Shown here one piece after another: positions 1 to 10,112 of a stretch of DNA of 30,762 bases. Source of the DNA: a candidate division WOR-3 bacterium (lineage in GTDB: Bacteria; Hydrothermota; Tepidihabitantia; SM23-42; JAOAFX01); NCBI GenBank assembly GCA_037444665.1, contig JBBILZ010000031.1:1-30762 (forward strand), read 5' to 3'. The translations under genes were made by a program, and so were the position numbers. The notes beneath the pieces are model-generated. The model searched no databases and was not told the DNA's origin. It saw only the letters and a program-made list of their open reading frames with translations. Position 1 is the first letter of the stretch. The number at the start of each line of letters is the position of its first letter.

Positions 1-2
1 GC

Positions 3-491
3 ACTCCATTCAAACTCGTAGTGTTGATGACCGATGAGGCGACAAACAATATTAATAATGCCTTTCCCATATATAATCCTCTTGGTACCTATTAAAATAT
101 TGTTCAATATTATTACTGGGACTCTGATGGATTGACTTCAGGAAAGGTTCCTGCACGCAGACAGACCGTTGGCATTGAAGAGGATGATGGGCAGATTCCT
201 GCTGGCGATATTACAAATTTGACTGTATATCCTAATCCATTTACAAAAGGGACAAAAATACTCTTGCCTTCTATTGACCTGCCTGGTCGTGATGCATCAC
301 TAAGGATATATGATATTACAGGTAGGCTTGTGAAGACCTTTGATCTTTCTATTTTCTATTCACTGCTCTCTACTTCTGTGGTGTGGGATGGAACTGATGA
401 TGAAGGAAGAAATGTTTCTTTCGGAATATATTTCTGCAAATTTACAACTCCAGAGAAAACTGAGGTTGCAAAGATAATATTTTTGAAGTAA
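3..491 (+). CDS. 3' end of a secreted protein with C-terminal T9SS-A/FlgD-Ig-like sorting domain (partial; in-frame TAA at 93-95)
   Basis: VGIEE linker, then YPNPF...LRIYDITGRLVKT...VWDGTDDEGRNVSFGIYF. The same frame is open from position 3 except for one TAA at 93-95. Confidence 0.8.
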
Positions 492-513
492 TTGGCATGT
501 GTATTTGTTTGTA

Positions 514-3500
514 TCAAAAGAGGTCTAAAGTGCATTGCGAAAATCTTTCCGTATATCGGTCTTTTTCTTTGCGGCTGAAATTCTTTGTGATTTCTTTAAT
601 TATCTTATTATATTTATTTTTGTATGTTTTGCCTTCATTCTCTTTTCCGATTTTTGTAAATATTTCACTTATCAGGAATAGCGCTTCTGCATTGAATTCT
701 TTTGCTCCGCACTGTTCTGCCTGTTCAGTTGCCTTGTTTAATGTAATCAAGGCATTTTTGTAATCAGAATTTTTCTCAAACTTTTTTGCCTGGGAGATGA
801 GAATCTTTGTTTCAAGGATTTTATCGCCGATCTCTTTTGTTAGGTTCATACCCCTTTGAATATTGCCTGATTTTACAATTGTCCAAGCGTATAATCTTTT
901 GTTCCCGATCTTTTTTGATAAATCCTTAAGTTGCGATAGAACTTCTAATGCCCCTTCATTATTTTTTTTAAATATAAGGCAATCAGCTTCTATATCTAAG
1001 GCAAGAGCAAGAATTTCAAGGTCGTTTATCTCTTTTGCCTTTGCTCCAATGCCTTTTATTATCGGTTCTATTTCTTCTATATCCCCAATTTTAAATAGAG
1101 CCGCGGTTCTGGCAAGATTTGAAATTACACCACTTCTTATATCCCCGATTTTCTGAAATATACTTTCGCTTCTTTGGAATTCTTCAATTGCCTGTTTATA
1201 TTCTGCAGAATAATAATAATCCCAGCCAAGTGACCTTTGTGCTAATGCCTCATTAAAATAGTCCTGCGTTTGTTTTGCTATTTCTATGGATTTCTTATGA
1301 TGTTCTATTGCCCGGGATAAACGACCCTGGTAAAGATGGACATCACCAATATTAATATTTAATACCGTCATCTGTTGTGGTTCATTAAGTATCTGTGCAA
1401 TTGCCAGTGACTTTAAAAATTGTTCAAGTGCCTCATCTAATTGCCACATCCTTCCATATGCTTCACCAATACTACTGAGGGCAAACAGCTCCATTATTCT
1501 GTCTCCAAATTTCAGAGCGTGTTCAACAACGATATTAAAATTTTTCAAACATTCATTAAATTGACCAATGCACATTTGAACTATTGCTTTTTTATGCAGG
1601 CTCCGCAATGTGTTTTCCTTGTCTCCAGCATCTTCAAAATATCTATAAGCATTGTTGTAATATTCAAGTGCTTGCATAAACTCACCTTTTCTGTCCATCA
1701 CTGTTCCCAGGTTCAGGTAGGCAAATGCCATCCCTCTTTTATCACCGATTTCCTTACTCAGTTCTAACACCTGTTTGAAATTATTGTATGCCTTATTCAT
1801 ATCGCCGACTTGCAGGTAATAAGTTCCAATGTTGTTGATTGTTAATGATTGAATATTTTTGTCACCGATATTTTTTGAAATTTTTATTGCCCTTTTCCAG
1901 TAACTCAATGCTCTATTTAACAAACCCATCTCCTGATAGAGCTTGCCAATATTGATATAAGCACCTGCTTCGTCTTTTAATGAAGAAATACTGCGGGCAA
2001 TTTTCAGTGATTGCTTTTGTTCCTTCAATGCTCTGGGCAGATTACCCATAATGCGTAACACCAAACTTTGCCTTCGTAATATTTCCAGTTTATCCTGCAA
2101 CTCTTCCTGTGACAATTGTTTTTTGCCCAATAATTTTAATGCCTGTTCAAAAAAATTCAATGCTTCTTTTAGTGCGTAATAACGATAAGATTTATCAGCC
2201 GCAGACTTTAGATAATATATACCCTTTTTAATATCATTTGAATTTGCAAAGTGATAGGCAAGCGTCTCTATGTTTGGAAAAATTTTATTTTCAGACATTT
2301 TTTCCAGTGTGTTTCAAATTAATGTGTGTAACTCTTTTCTTTTTGTTTTCAAAAGTGAACTATAGACTACTTCGTAGGTAGTGGGTGAGATAAATTCGTA
2401 GGATTTTGTTGCTTTGTTTGACATCAGAACACCTTCAAAGTGTTCTAATCGTTCAAGGTCAGAAGATAAATTTTGCTGAGGTATCTTAAGAATTGCACCC
2501 AGCAAATCAGGTTCAAAGACTCTTCCTACTACTGAGCCATATTGTAGAATTCTTTTATCAAATTCACTCATTCGGTCAACCTGGTCAAGAATTACATTGG
2601 ATATTGATTCTGCGATTGTCAGGTCTTTGAGCCGTCCAGTAGGAATAACCCCTTGTTTTGTTCTTTTGATACCATTCTTTCTTATCAACAGTTTGATAAT
2701 TTCTGTGATATATAATGGGTTACCCTTAGATTTTTCATTAATATAGTCAACAATTTCCTGGGCAATATTATCTTCTGCAAGTGTTAAACGAATATACTCT
2801 GTCGTTTCATTCTTTGTAAAGTTTTTCAAAACGATGTTTTTACAATTATGCATACCTGCCCAGGGGAATGTATAATCTGGACGATATTCAAATAAAAACT
2901 GCACTGGAATATCTGTTGAATTTTTTAGTAAATAATCAAACACTTCAATGCTTGTTGGGTCGCTCCATTGCAGGTCTTCAATTCTTATAAATAAGGCTGA
3001 CTTTTTCGCTTCACTTTGCAAAATTCTTTTTATTGATTCAAATATTCTTTTCTTTAGCTGTTCAGGAGGTATATCCTGTGTTTCTGAAAAATTCATTCCA
3101 AAAAGGACTCCGATATAGGGGAGTATATCATCCAGTGATATACCAAGGTTTTTCAATTTTAAACTGATGAGAAGTTTTTTCTCTTCTTCATTTGAATCTT
3201 TTTTAAGTTGGAAATAATTATTTAATAGTCCAATAACAATAGTATAAGGATTATTAATTTCATAAGGCATACAGCGAACAGCAATCGTTTTAAAATTATA
3301 TTTTGGGGCAGTAAGTTCAGCTTCAATCCCCAATCTTGTTTTTCCTGAACCAGGTTCGCCAGTGAGCCCAAGAATCATCAATCTATTATTTTTTGTTTGA
3401 GCTGAAGAGTCCTTAATAATTTCAAGTTCAGTGTTCCTGCCGATAAATTTTATTCGGGCTATCTTGGGTAATCGATATTGTTCATTGATGCCTTTTACAA

Positions 3501-4224
3501 GATAATTTACAACTGGTTTCTTTTTACCCTTTACTTTTACCGAAGGTCTTTTCTCAGCTTCAACAATGTCAGCAATTTTTTCATAAGTAAATTGACTGAT
3601 AATGATTTCTCCAGGTCCAGAAATACTTTCCAATCTTGCGGCAAGGTTTACAGTATCACCAATTACTGTATATTCCATCCTTTGTTCAGAACCGACATTT
3701 AATGCAACTGCAGGCCCACTATTAATACCGATACTCATTGAAAGGGGAGAGGTAAAATTTTTTTCCGCATTGAAATTTACCATTTCCTGTTGCATTTCAA
3801 GTGCGGCACGCACAGCCCGCTCCGGGTCATCATAGTGGGCTACTGGTGCACCGAACAGAACCATCAGTGCATCACCAAGGAACTTATCTACACTCCCACC
3901 GTATTTATGAACTATTTTTACCATTCGTGTAAAAAATTCGTTAATGATTTTTGAAATATCTTCAGCATCCATTGTTTCGGAAAGTGCAGTAAAACCAGAA
4001 AGGTCAGCAAAAAGAACTGTGATTATTCTTCGCTCGCCCTCAATACTTTTTGCAGTGGGGTCTATTTTTATTTTTTCTATTACGCGTGCGGGAAAATATT
4101 TTTGATATGCTGAGATTAATGACTTCAGCCAATCAAGTCTTTTTAATGGTTTATCTTCTCCCGTATATTCTGCAGTCAAATTTTTGATTTTTTCTAAAAT
4201 TTTATTTATTTCATCACTCTGCAT
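514..4224 (-). pseudogene. Class III adenylate cyclase - STAND/AAA ATPase - TPR protein, interrupted by a single in-frame TGA at 2314-2316 (ORFs 2314..4224 and 514..2298)
   Basis: Cyclase motifs VLFADLSGFT, DKFLGDA and YTVIGDTVNLAARLE; Walker A GEPGSGKT; Walker B IRIEDLQWSD; TPR repeats. The junction reads RKELHTLI*NTLEKMSENK...LAYHF in one frame. Confidence 0.8.
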
Positions 4225-4229
4225 TTAAT

Positions 4230-4257
4230 ATTATAATAAATAATTACTAAAGGTCAA
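4230..4257 (-). promoter_or_regulatory. sigma70-type promoter, leaderless (cyclase gene)
   Basis: TTGACC (4257-4252), N16, TATAAT (4235-4230), N5, ATG at 4224; no SD. Confidence 0.65.
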
Positions 4258-5189
4258 CGATTAAAAACAGGGTAGGTGTATCCTTGAGTAATATTTTTAC
4301 GGGAATTTAGATGACGAGTAATATACTGCCCGCAATTTGACCCGATTCTGTTTTCTTCAAGTTCACCAATACTCAAGATAACTTCATAACCTGCGGTTTT
4401 AAGTCGTTCCAGAATCTCATAGTTCTCATCTTCAGTTTTAATATAAGATTCTATTTTATTTGTTAATGCGGTAATGGTAGGATTTACTGGCGTAATCTTT
4501 ATAATAAACTTTTCAGTGCTGAAGTATTTCAAAAGGACATCTGCATCCACTGTTACATTTTTAGCAAGGGCAAAATTTAGGGCAATCTTTCTATCCCCAT
4601 CCTGATAAAATTTTTCACCATATTGGGCAATTTGTTTGAAATCCCATTTCTTTATAGGTATAAACCAATTCCTTAATTTATCATCTGTCGTGTGTATTGA
4701 AAATTGTAATTGGAACATACCATTATAATATTTTCTTTTGATTGACAGCATATCTTCAAAAAATCTTTCTGTTCCAGCAGGCGCAATAGTTGAAACACAT
4801 ACCATAAGCCCTGGTGCTTTATATAATGAAGGTAATTTTTTTAACACTTCAAGAACATTGCTATTAAAAGCAGGTTCACCAATACGGGCAAATTGAATCT
4901 TAAATTTGTTAACTGGAATTACCCTATCTGGAAATCTATTCTTTACAAGGAAATCAATCTGCTCAATTATTTCTTCTGCAGATAGTTTTCCTTTATAGGA
5001 ACCACCAGCATCGCATATTTTACAATTTACTGGACATCCATAAAGTGTAGATACAATCAATACCCATTTTTCTTTGCGGGGAATGGGTGGTTGAACCGAT
5101 TCTACAAATTCGGTATGGAATCCATTTTTCATTTCAGCAAGATAGACCATAGCAATATCTTCTCTGCCTGCTTTGCCAATTATCTTCAT
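4254..5189 (-). CDS. Radical SAM protein, short RlmN/Cfr-like
   Basis: GCPVNCKIC (CxxxCxxC), VESV, RIGEP (RlmN GMGEP-like), LQFSIH and C-terminal SNCGQY (RlmN ACGQL-like). ATG 5189 is the likely start. Confidence 0.85.
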   Translation of the reverse strand: MKIIGKAGREDIAMVYLAEMKNGFHTEFVESVQPPIPRKEKWVLIVSTLYGCPVNCKICDAGGSYKGKLSAEEIIEQIDFLVKNRFPDRVIPVNKFKIQFARIGEPAFNSNVLEVLKKLPSLYKAPGLMVCVSTIAPAGTERFFEDMLSIKRKYYNGMFQLQFSIHTTDDKLRNWFIPIKKWDFKQIAQYGEKFYQDGDRKIALNFALAKNVTVDADVLLKYFSTEKFIIKITPVNPTITALTNKIESYIKTEDENYEILERLKTAGYEVILSIGELEENRIGSNCGQYITRHLNSRKNITQGYTYPVFNR

Positions 5190-5196
5190 ATGGTTA

Positions 5197-6087
5197 TTAA
5201 TACTCCTCAATTTTTTTTCTATTTAATAGGGCTATTTCCATAGCAGTTTTAATACCATCTCCAATCGCAATTGCGGTCTGACGAAACATTTTATTTTTCG
5301 TATCGCCAATTATATACAATTTGTGTTGTTTTTCAAGTTTTTTTAATATATTTTTTAACTTCTCAGTAACAAAAACAAGGTTTGGCTTTCTACCAATGGC
5401 GATTAATAAAATATCACAGGATAAATTTCTATTTTTAGAACACTCAATTTTCAGATAGCCCTCTTCAATCTTTATGTTCTTAACAACGATGCCGGAATAT
5501 ATTGTGATGTTTTTATTTTTCAATGCCCTCTGGTACAATACAGGCAAACATTTGAATCGGTTACTTCTACAAAGAATCATAACTTTATTCTTTTTTGCAA
5601 GATTCAGCCCATAATCAAAAGCAGCATCACCGCCGCCAATAATTATGATATTTTTGTGGTGAATTTTTTTTAATTTTTTGAGTTCGTAGAAAATTTTTTT
5701 CTCTGCTGCCACAGGATATTTTAGAGGTATCTCTTCAGGAATTGTGCCCGAAGCAATCACCACGATTGGAAAATTATATATACCCACTTTTGTTTTTATA
5801 AGAAATTGATTTTCAAAATAATCAAGCGATAAGACCTCTTTATTTATAACCTTTATATGATATTTATTCAGATGTTTTTTAAATGCATTCACAAGACTCG
5901 GGCCGGTGATTCCCGTGTAAAAACCAGGATAGTTTTCAACAAAGTTTGCGTTTCTTAACAAGCCGCCGATTTTATTTTTTTCAAAGAGAATCGGCTCAAG
6001 ATTATATCGCTTCAATTGAATAGCGCAGGCTATGCCGGCTGGACCTGCACCAATTATTGCAACCTTGAATTTATTACTATTCAACAC
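5197..6087 (-). CDS. Thioredoxin reductase-like FAD/NAD(P) oxidoreductase lacking CxxC
   Basis: IIGAGPAG, GGLL...VENYPGF, IIIGGGDAA and YIIGD...RQTAIAIGDG; no CxxC before the second Rossmann motif. Confidence 0.85.
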   Translation of the reverse strand: MLNSNKFKVAIIGAGPAGIACAIQLKRYNLEPILFEKNKIGGLLRNANFVENYPGFYTGITGPSLVNAFKKHLNKYHIKVINKEVLSLDYFENQFLIKTKVGIYNFPIVVIASGTIPEEIPLKYPVAAEKKIFYELKKLKKIHHKNIIIIGGGDAAFDYGLNLAKKNKVMILCRSNRFKCLPVLYQRALKNKNITIYSGIVVKNIKIEEGYLKIECSKNRNLSCDILLIAIGRKPNLVFVTEKLKNILKKLEKQHKLYIIGDTKNKMFRQTAIAIGDGIKTAMEIALLNRKKIEEY

Positions 6088-6740
6088 CTATTTTTAATGG
6101 ATTTTATTATATCCTGTGTTAGCACAGGATATGCAAATCCATAGGCAAGATTTGTCAGTGTTGCCTTGTGCATATTAATATTCTGTGTTGCAGTGCCGTC
6201 CACAACAAAGAAAACTTCAAAACCCTGAACAAAAGCACTCCGCGCGGTCGTTTCACAGCAAATGTTTGTCATCACACCAGTGATCACTACCTGTCTGACG
6301 TGGTGTTTTAGTAAAACTTTTTTTAAGTTTGTTTTATAAAATGCATCATACTGAGTTTTTACAACTACTGGCGCATTGGGAACATATAGTTCTTTGTCCA
6401 ATTTGTAATAATCATTATCAGTCGTAATGATATCGTTCCACCATTTTTTTAACATACCAGCATTTTCTGGTGTGTTGATGTGTTGGGTAAAGATTATGGG
6501 TCTTTTTCTGCGGAAATACTTAATTAGCTTTTTGATATTAGGAATAATAGCAGTGGCAGAAGGAACAAAGGCATGGGAACTTTTGTCTAAAAAATATTTT
6601 TGCATATCAATAACAAGTAGGGCAGAGGCGTCAAAATCAAATTTCATTTCTTTTTTTCCATAAGATTTGCTAAATTCCTGCACCATTTTTTTTGTTTCTG
6701 AAATAATATTTTTGGAATTAAAGTGATTTTCTTTAAGCAC
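6081..6740 (-). CDS. Isochorismatase-family cysteine hydrolase
   Basis: LLVIDMQ (Asp), KTQYDAF (Lys) and [16 protein letters not shown] (Cys) triad motifs. Confidence 0.9.
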   Translation of the reverse strand: MLKENHFNSKNIISETKKMVQEFSKSYGKKEMKFDFDASALLVIDMQKYFLDKSSHAFVPSATAIIPNIKKLIKYFRRKRPIIFTQHINTPENAGMLKKWWNDIITTDNDYYKLDKELYVPNAPVVVKTQYDAFYKTNLKKVLLKHHVRQVVITGVMTNICCETTARSAFVQGFEVFFVVDGTATQNINMHKATLTNLAYGFAYPVLTQDIIKSIKNRC

Positions 6741-7041
6741 CTGTTTGTAATTTTTTTTGATTAATCACAGGTAGTTTGTTGTATTTTGTTTGATATTCAT
6801 TTAATAATTTTTGAAATTCATTTTGCGGGTCATTAGTTGTCTGAAAACGAAAGAAAGCAGCGATATTAAAATCCGGGTCCCTTTTTTCAAAGATTATCTG
6901 CATAGTCTGGGAAAGACTTTCTGTGTATCCGATATAAACAATATCCTGAAGTATATCTGCTAATTCATATATTCCCGGATAATCCGGTGCATTCTTCAAT
7001 TGTTCAGGAATCAATTTTCTCCAACAACTATCAATCGGCAT
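6733..7041 (-). CDS. Small GIY-YIG-like protein, probably catalytically degenerate
   Basis: [10 protein letters not shown]...[10 protein letters not shown]; the usual downstream Arg (LxxR) is absent; C-terminal LPVIN. Confidence 0.65.
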   Translation of the reverse strand: MPIDSCWRKLIPEQLKNAPDYPGIYELADILQDIVYIGYTESLSQTMQIIFEKRDPDFNIAAFFRFQTTNDPQNEFQKLLNEYQTKYNKLPVINQKKLQTGA

Positions 7042-7046
7042 TGTTA

Positions 7047-7074
7047 ATTATAATTAAATAATGTTATTTGTCAA
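7047..7074 (-). promoter_or_regulatory. sigma70 promoter, leaderless (head of four-gene operon)
   Basis: TTGACA (7074-7069), N16, TATAAT (7052-7047), N5, ATG at 7041. Confidence 0.75.
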
Positions 7075-7080
7075 TGATAT

Positions 7081-8019
7081 TTATGTAATTTCAAAGTCTA
7101 CACTTACACGGTTACGACCATTCTTTTTGCTTTCATACATCAAGCGGTCAGCCCTTTTATCATTGACTTCAGGGGTATCCTTTGGTTGAGACAATGTTGC
7201 ACCTATAGAGACTGTTACATTGATGGTAGTAGAGTTTATTTTTAAATGTGAAAATGCGACAAGATTTTTAAATTTGTGGGCAATTGTGTATAACTGGCTA
7301 TCATTCACATTCGGAACCAATACAATGAACTCTTCGCCACCCCATCTGCCGGCAAGGTCAAAAGAACGGGAATTTTTTATTAATACATTTGCGACCATTT
7401 TTAGTACTTTATCACCAACATCGTGTCCAAATTGGTCATTCACTTTTTTAAAATGGTCAATGTCAATGAATAGAAGACCAAATTGCCAGCCAAATCTTTT
7501 ATATTCGTTTAATCGTGAATGGAGTTGAATCTCTATATACCTTCTATTCGCAATCCGGGTAAGGCTATCAAGCAGTGCCAGTTGTTCAAGTTCCTTAATT
7601 CTTAGATTTAAGCCATCTACTTCTGAATTATCGTAAAATATTTCTCCCGCACCAATGATATTTTGATTGTTGTCAAATACCGGAAAGGTTTTTATATGGA
7701 CTAAAACCCGATAGCCATCAAGGTGTTTGAAATACAGGTCCCCTTCATAAGTAGTTTTGCTATTCAATGCCTTTAATAATGGACAAGTATCAGGGTTATC
7801 ACAACATTTTTGGCCTTCTTCATTTATATGTGCAAGAATATTATCTGAACAGTGCTTACCGATTATTTCTTCTGCCTTGTATCCGGTTATTTGTTCAGCC
7901 TTCGCACTCCAGTATATAATTTTTCTTTCCTGGTCAACAAAGTAAACTGCATGGTTTAACTGGGTGAGAAGAGCCGAGCAGTAATTATCGCAGTCTATTT
8001 TTGATATTGATTGTGCCAT
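7081..8019 (-). CDS. PAS-GGDEF diguanylate cyclase
   Basis: PAS (AVYFVD...AEQITGY...IIGKHC), DSLTRIANRR, DIDHFKKVNDQFGHDVGD, RxxD I-site (RSFD) and GGEEF. Confidence 0.92.
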   Translation of the reverse strand: MAQSISKIDCDNYCSALLTQLNHAVYFVDQERKIIYWSAKAEQITGYKAEEIIGKHCSDNILAHINEEGQKCCDNPDTCPLLKALNSKTTYEGDLYFKHLDGYRVLVHIKTFPVFDNNQNIIGAGEIFYDNSEVDGLNLRIKELEQLALLDSLTRIANRRYIEIQLHSRLNEYKRFGWQFGLLFIDIDHFKKVNDQFGHDVGDKVLKMVANVLIKNSRSFDLAGRWGGEEFIVLVPNVNDSQLYTIAHKFKNLVAFSHLKINSTTINVTVSIGATLSQPKDTPEVNDKRADRLMYESKKNGRNRVSVDFEIT

Positions 8020-8555
8020 ATAAATTTTCCAATCGGCAATCTTTCGGGTCTTTTCTTCTCTGCCTCAATCTGTTTTTCTGAAAGAACTGGACTTATGGTT
8101 TCTGAATGTTTGCCAATAATGACAAGTGTGATTACTTCCATATCTTCAGGGATATTCAAAATCTGTTTTACTTTTTGCTGGCTATAGCCGGCAATCGGAT
8201 GTGCAATAAGTCCCAGCTCAGTTGCTCGTAAAATCATTGCTGCGGTTGCCATACCCGTATCAAAAAGGTAATAATGTCTGCCATCTTTCATTATACAATC
8301 AAATTCAGGTTTGCTAAAGACCGCGATAATCATACTTGCTGACTGTGCCCATTCATTGCCAGCTGAGAGCGCAGAATGCAATTCTTTGAGTTTTGACTTT
8401 TCATAAACAAAAATATAGCGCCAGGGTTGATTATTAAAACAGGAGCAGAACAATTGGGCAGACTGGGCCAGGTCATTAACAAGTTCCTTATTTATCTCCA
8501 CAGGTAAGAGCGACCTGTATGCACGCCGTTGTTTTATAGCCTCCTTAACATCCAT
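7995..8555 (-). CDS. Nitroreductase family protein
   Basis: AIKQRRAYR, SCFNNQPWRYIFV and DTGMATAAMILRATELGL; SD-like GAGAG upstream. Confidence 0.9.
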   Translation of the reverse strand: MDVKEAIKQRRAYRSLLPVEINKELVNDLAQSAQLFCSCFNNQPWRYIFVYEKSKLKELHSALSAGNEWAQSASMIIAVFSKPEFDCIMKDGRHYYLFDTGMATAAMILRATELGLIAHPIAGYSQQKVKQILNIPEDMEVITLVIIGKHSETISPVLSEKQIEAEKKRPERLPIGKFIWHNQYQK

Positions 8556-8575
8556 TTTGACTCTCTTTGTGTCTG

Positions 8576-8944
8576 TTAATTACCCTGAGTATTAGCTAAT
8601 ATTTCTTTTATCTGGATAGAAACACTTTTCTTTCCGGAGATATTGCAATAGGCAGTGACCTTAAGAGTATCGTCAATTTCAGCATCTGTTATAGTATAAG
8701 TGTATTGCTGAAAAGAATTGTCAACCTGCTTTTTATTTTTCTGCTCAATAATCTGTTCACGATTCAATTCAATTTCAATTTTATTGATATAATGGTTTGC
8801 AGGATTTTTTACTAAATGATTTACTGTGACCTGTAAAATTTTTGTAGTCGTGTCATATTCGGCAATTATACTCTCTGGTGGATGACTAAAAGATGCCTTC
8901 ATTGTTACTAAAAGCAGTATTGTAATGAGAATATTTGTTTTCAT
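8576..8944 (-). CDS. Exported SOR/desulfoferrodoxin-fold-like protein
   Basis: Signal peptide ending SFS|HPP, then H-x7-HYI and AYCNISG, which parallel the SOR HHIxWI and YCNIHG motifs; SD AGGAGG. Confidence 0.6.
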   Translation of the reverse strand: MKTNILITILLLVTMKASFSHPPESIIAEYDTTTKILQVTVNHLVKNPANHYINKIEIELNREQIIEQKNKKQVDNSFQQYTYTITDAEIDDTLKVTAYCNISGKKSVSIQIKEILANTQGN

Positions 8945-8962
8945 TTCAGCCTCCTTTTAATT

Positions 8963-9145
8963 CTAAAAATAGTTTAAGTAAATACCCAGAACCCCATGGA
9001 TTGTCGCAGAGATTAGAGCAATAATACCGAAAAGTCTATGAACCATTAGTTTTACTTTGATAACACGGGCACCCGTTATAATTGTGAACAAAAGCAAACA
9101 ATAAGTTGCTATTCCTATCGGCTTTATCAGTATTGATAGATTCAT
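8963..9145 (-). CDS. Small two-TM membrane protein with His in TM2
   Basis: MNLSILIKPIG... start, 60 aa, two hydrophobic helices, VHR...TIHG. Confidence 0.7.
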   Translation of the reverse strand: MNLSILIKPIGIATYCLLLFTIITGARVIKVKLMVHRLFGIIALISATIHGVLGIYLNYF

Positions 9146-9146
9146 A

Positions 9147-9650
9147 TTACTCCCAGATAATGAGCCCCTTATTTGATAATTGATAGAACTGTTCTTCCAG
9201 CATATTTTGATGTAGTCTTTCATCTTCAGAAAGATTTATGAATATCTGTTTTGATTTCTTATCAGGCATCATTTTTGAAATCTTCAAGTATCTTTCTTTG
9301 GCATCTTTTTCTGCACGAATTGCAATAATCAAAACATCAATGATTTCATCTTTATTCGGTTCAAACTCACCTTTGACTTCTGGTTTAATGGATTTTGCCT
9401 TTGTGCTTGATTCATATATTGCCAATGCTGATTTTTGTCCGCGGCTCAATATAATTTTTTTTACATTTTCAAAATGGGCTTTTTCAAAATTAGCCATTTC
9501 ATTGAAGAAAGTTCTTCCGGCTTGGCTCTGTGCCTTTTGGGCAGCATCATTATAAAAATCTATCGCCATCATTTCGCTTCCCAGGGCTGATAGGAGTAAT
9601 TCGTCTACCTTGCTTTTTGTTTTTGTGATTTTCTTAACTCTCTTTTTCAT
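9147..9650 (-). CDS. Ferritin/rubrerythrin-like diiron protein
   Basis: Twofold E..A..Y / E..H pattern (EMMAIDFY, EKAH, EKDAKERY, ERLH). Confidence 0.85.
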   Translation of the reverse strand: MKKRVKKITKTKSKVDELLLSALGSEMMAIDFYNDAAQKAQSQAGRTFFNEMANFEKAHFENVKKIILSRGQKSALAIYESSTKAKSIKPEVKGEFEPNKDEIIDVLIIAIRAEKDAKERYLKISKMMPDKKSKQIFINLSEDERLHQNMLEEQFYQLSNKGLIIWE

Positions 9651-10110
9651 TATAACCTCCCTTTTTTAAAAAATTTATTATTTCCTGAATGTCAGGCAAT
9701 TGCGGTATATCATAAATTTTTATGAATATCACATTACTATTTTCATCAATAATTATATTTGCCCGTTCTGAAAAGCCATCTTTTTCGCGAAAGATGCCCA
9801 ATTTTTTTGCCAGCTCACCATGGGGCCAAAAATCAGAGAGTAAATGTGTTTCTTTAACACCCATATCCTTTGCCCAGGCATGTTTTGAAGGAACCGGGTC
9901 AACACTGATGCCCAATGCAATAGTGTTTAATTTATCAAACTCTGTTTTAGATTCTTCTATGGATTTCATCTGTTTTGTGCATACACCGGTCCAGGCAAGG
10001 GGGTGAAAAGAGAGCAGAACTCTTTTGCCTTTAAAATCTAACAACCTTATCTCTTTGTTGTGTTGATTCTTTAACACAAAGTCAGGAATTTTTTCTCCAA
10101 TCTTTATCAT
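9634..10110 (-). CDS. Peroxiredoxin (AhpE-like, 1-Cys)
   Basis: FHPLAWTGVC (PxxxTxxC), LLSDFWPHG and SERA. Confidence 0.9.
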   Translation of the reverse strand: MIKIGEKIPDFVLKNQHNKEIRLLDFKGKRVLLSFHPLAWTGVCTKQMKSIEESKTEFDKLNTIALGISVDPVPSKHAWAKDMGVKETHLLSDFWPHGELAKKLGIFREKDGFSERANIIIDENSNVIFIKIYDIPQLPDIQEIINFLKKGGYNEKES

Positions 10111-10112
10111 AT

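Noticed and set aside
2314..2316. Selenocysteine or genome-wide UGA=Gly recoding
   Set aside because: The position is not a Cys site and no SECIS-like hairpin is evident. TGA serves as a normal stop at 4254, 6081, 13077, 20511 and 30073.
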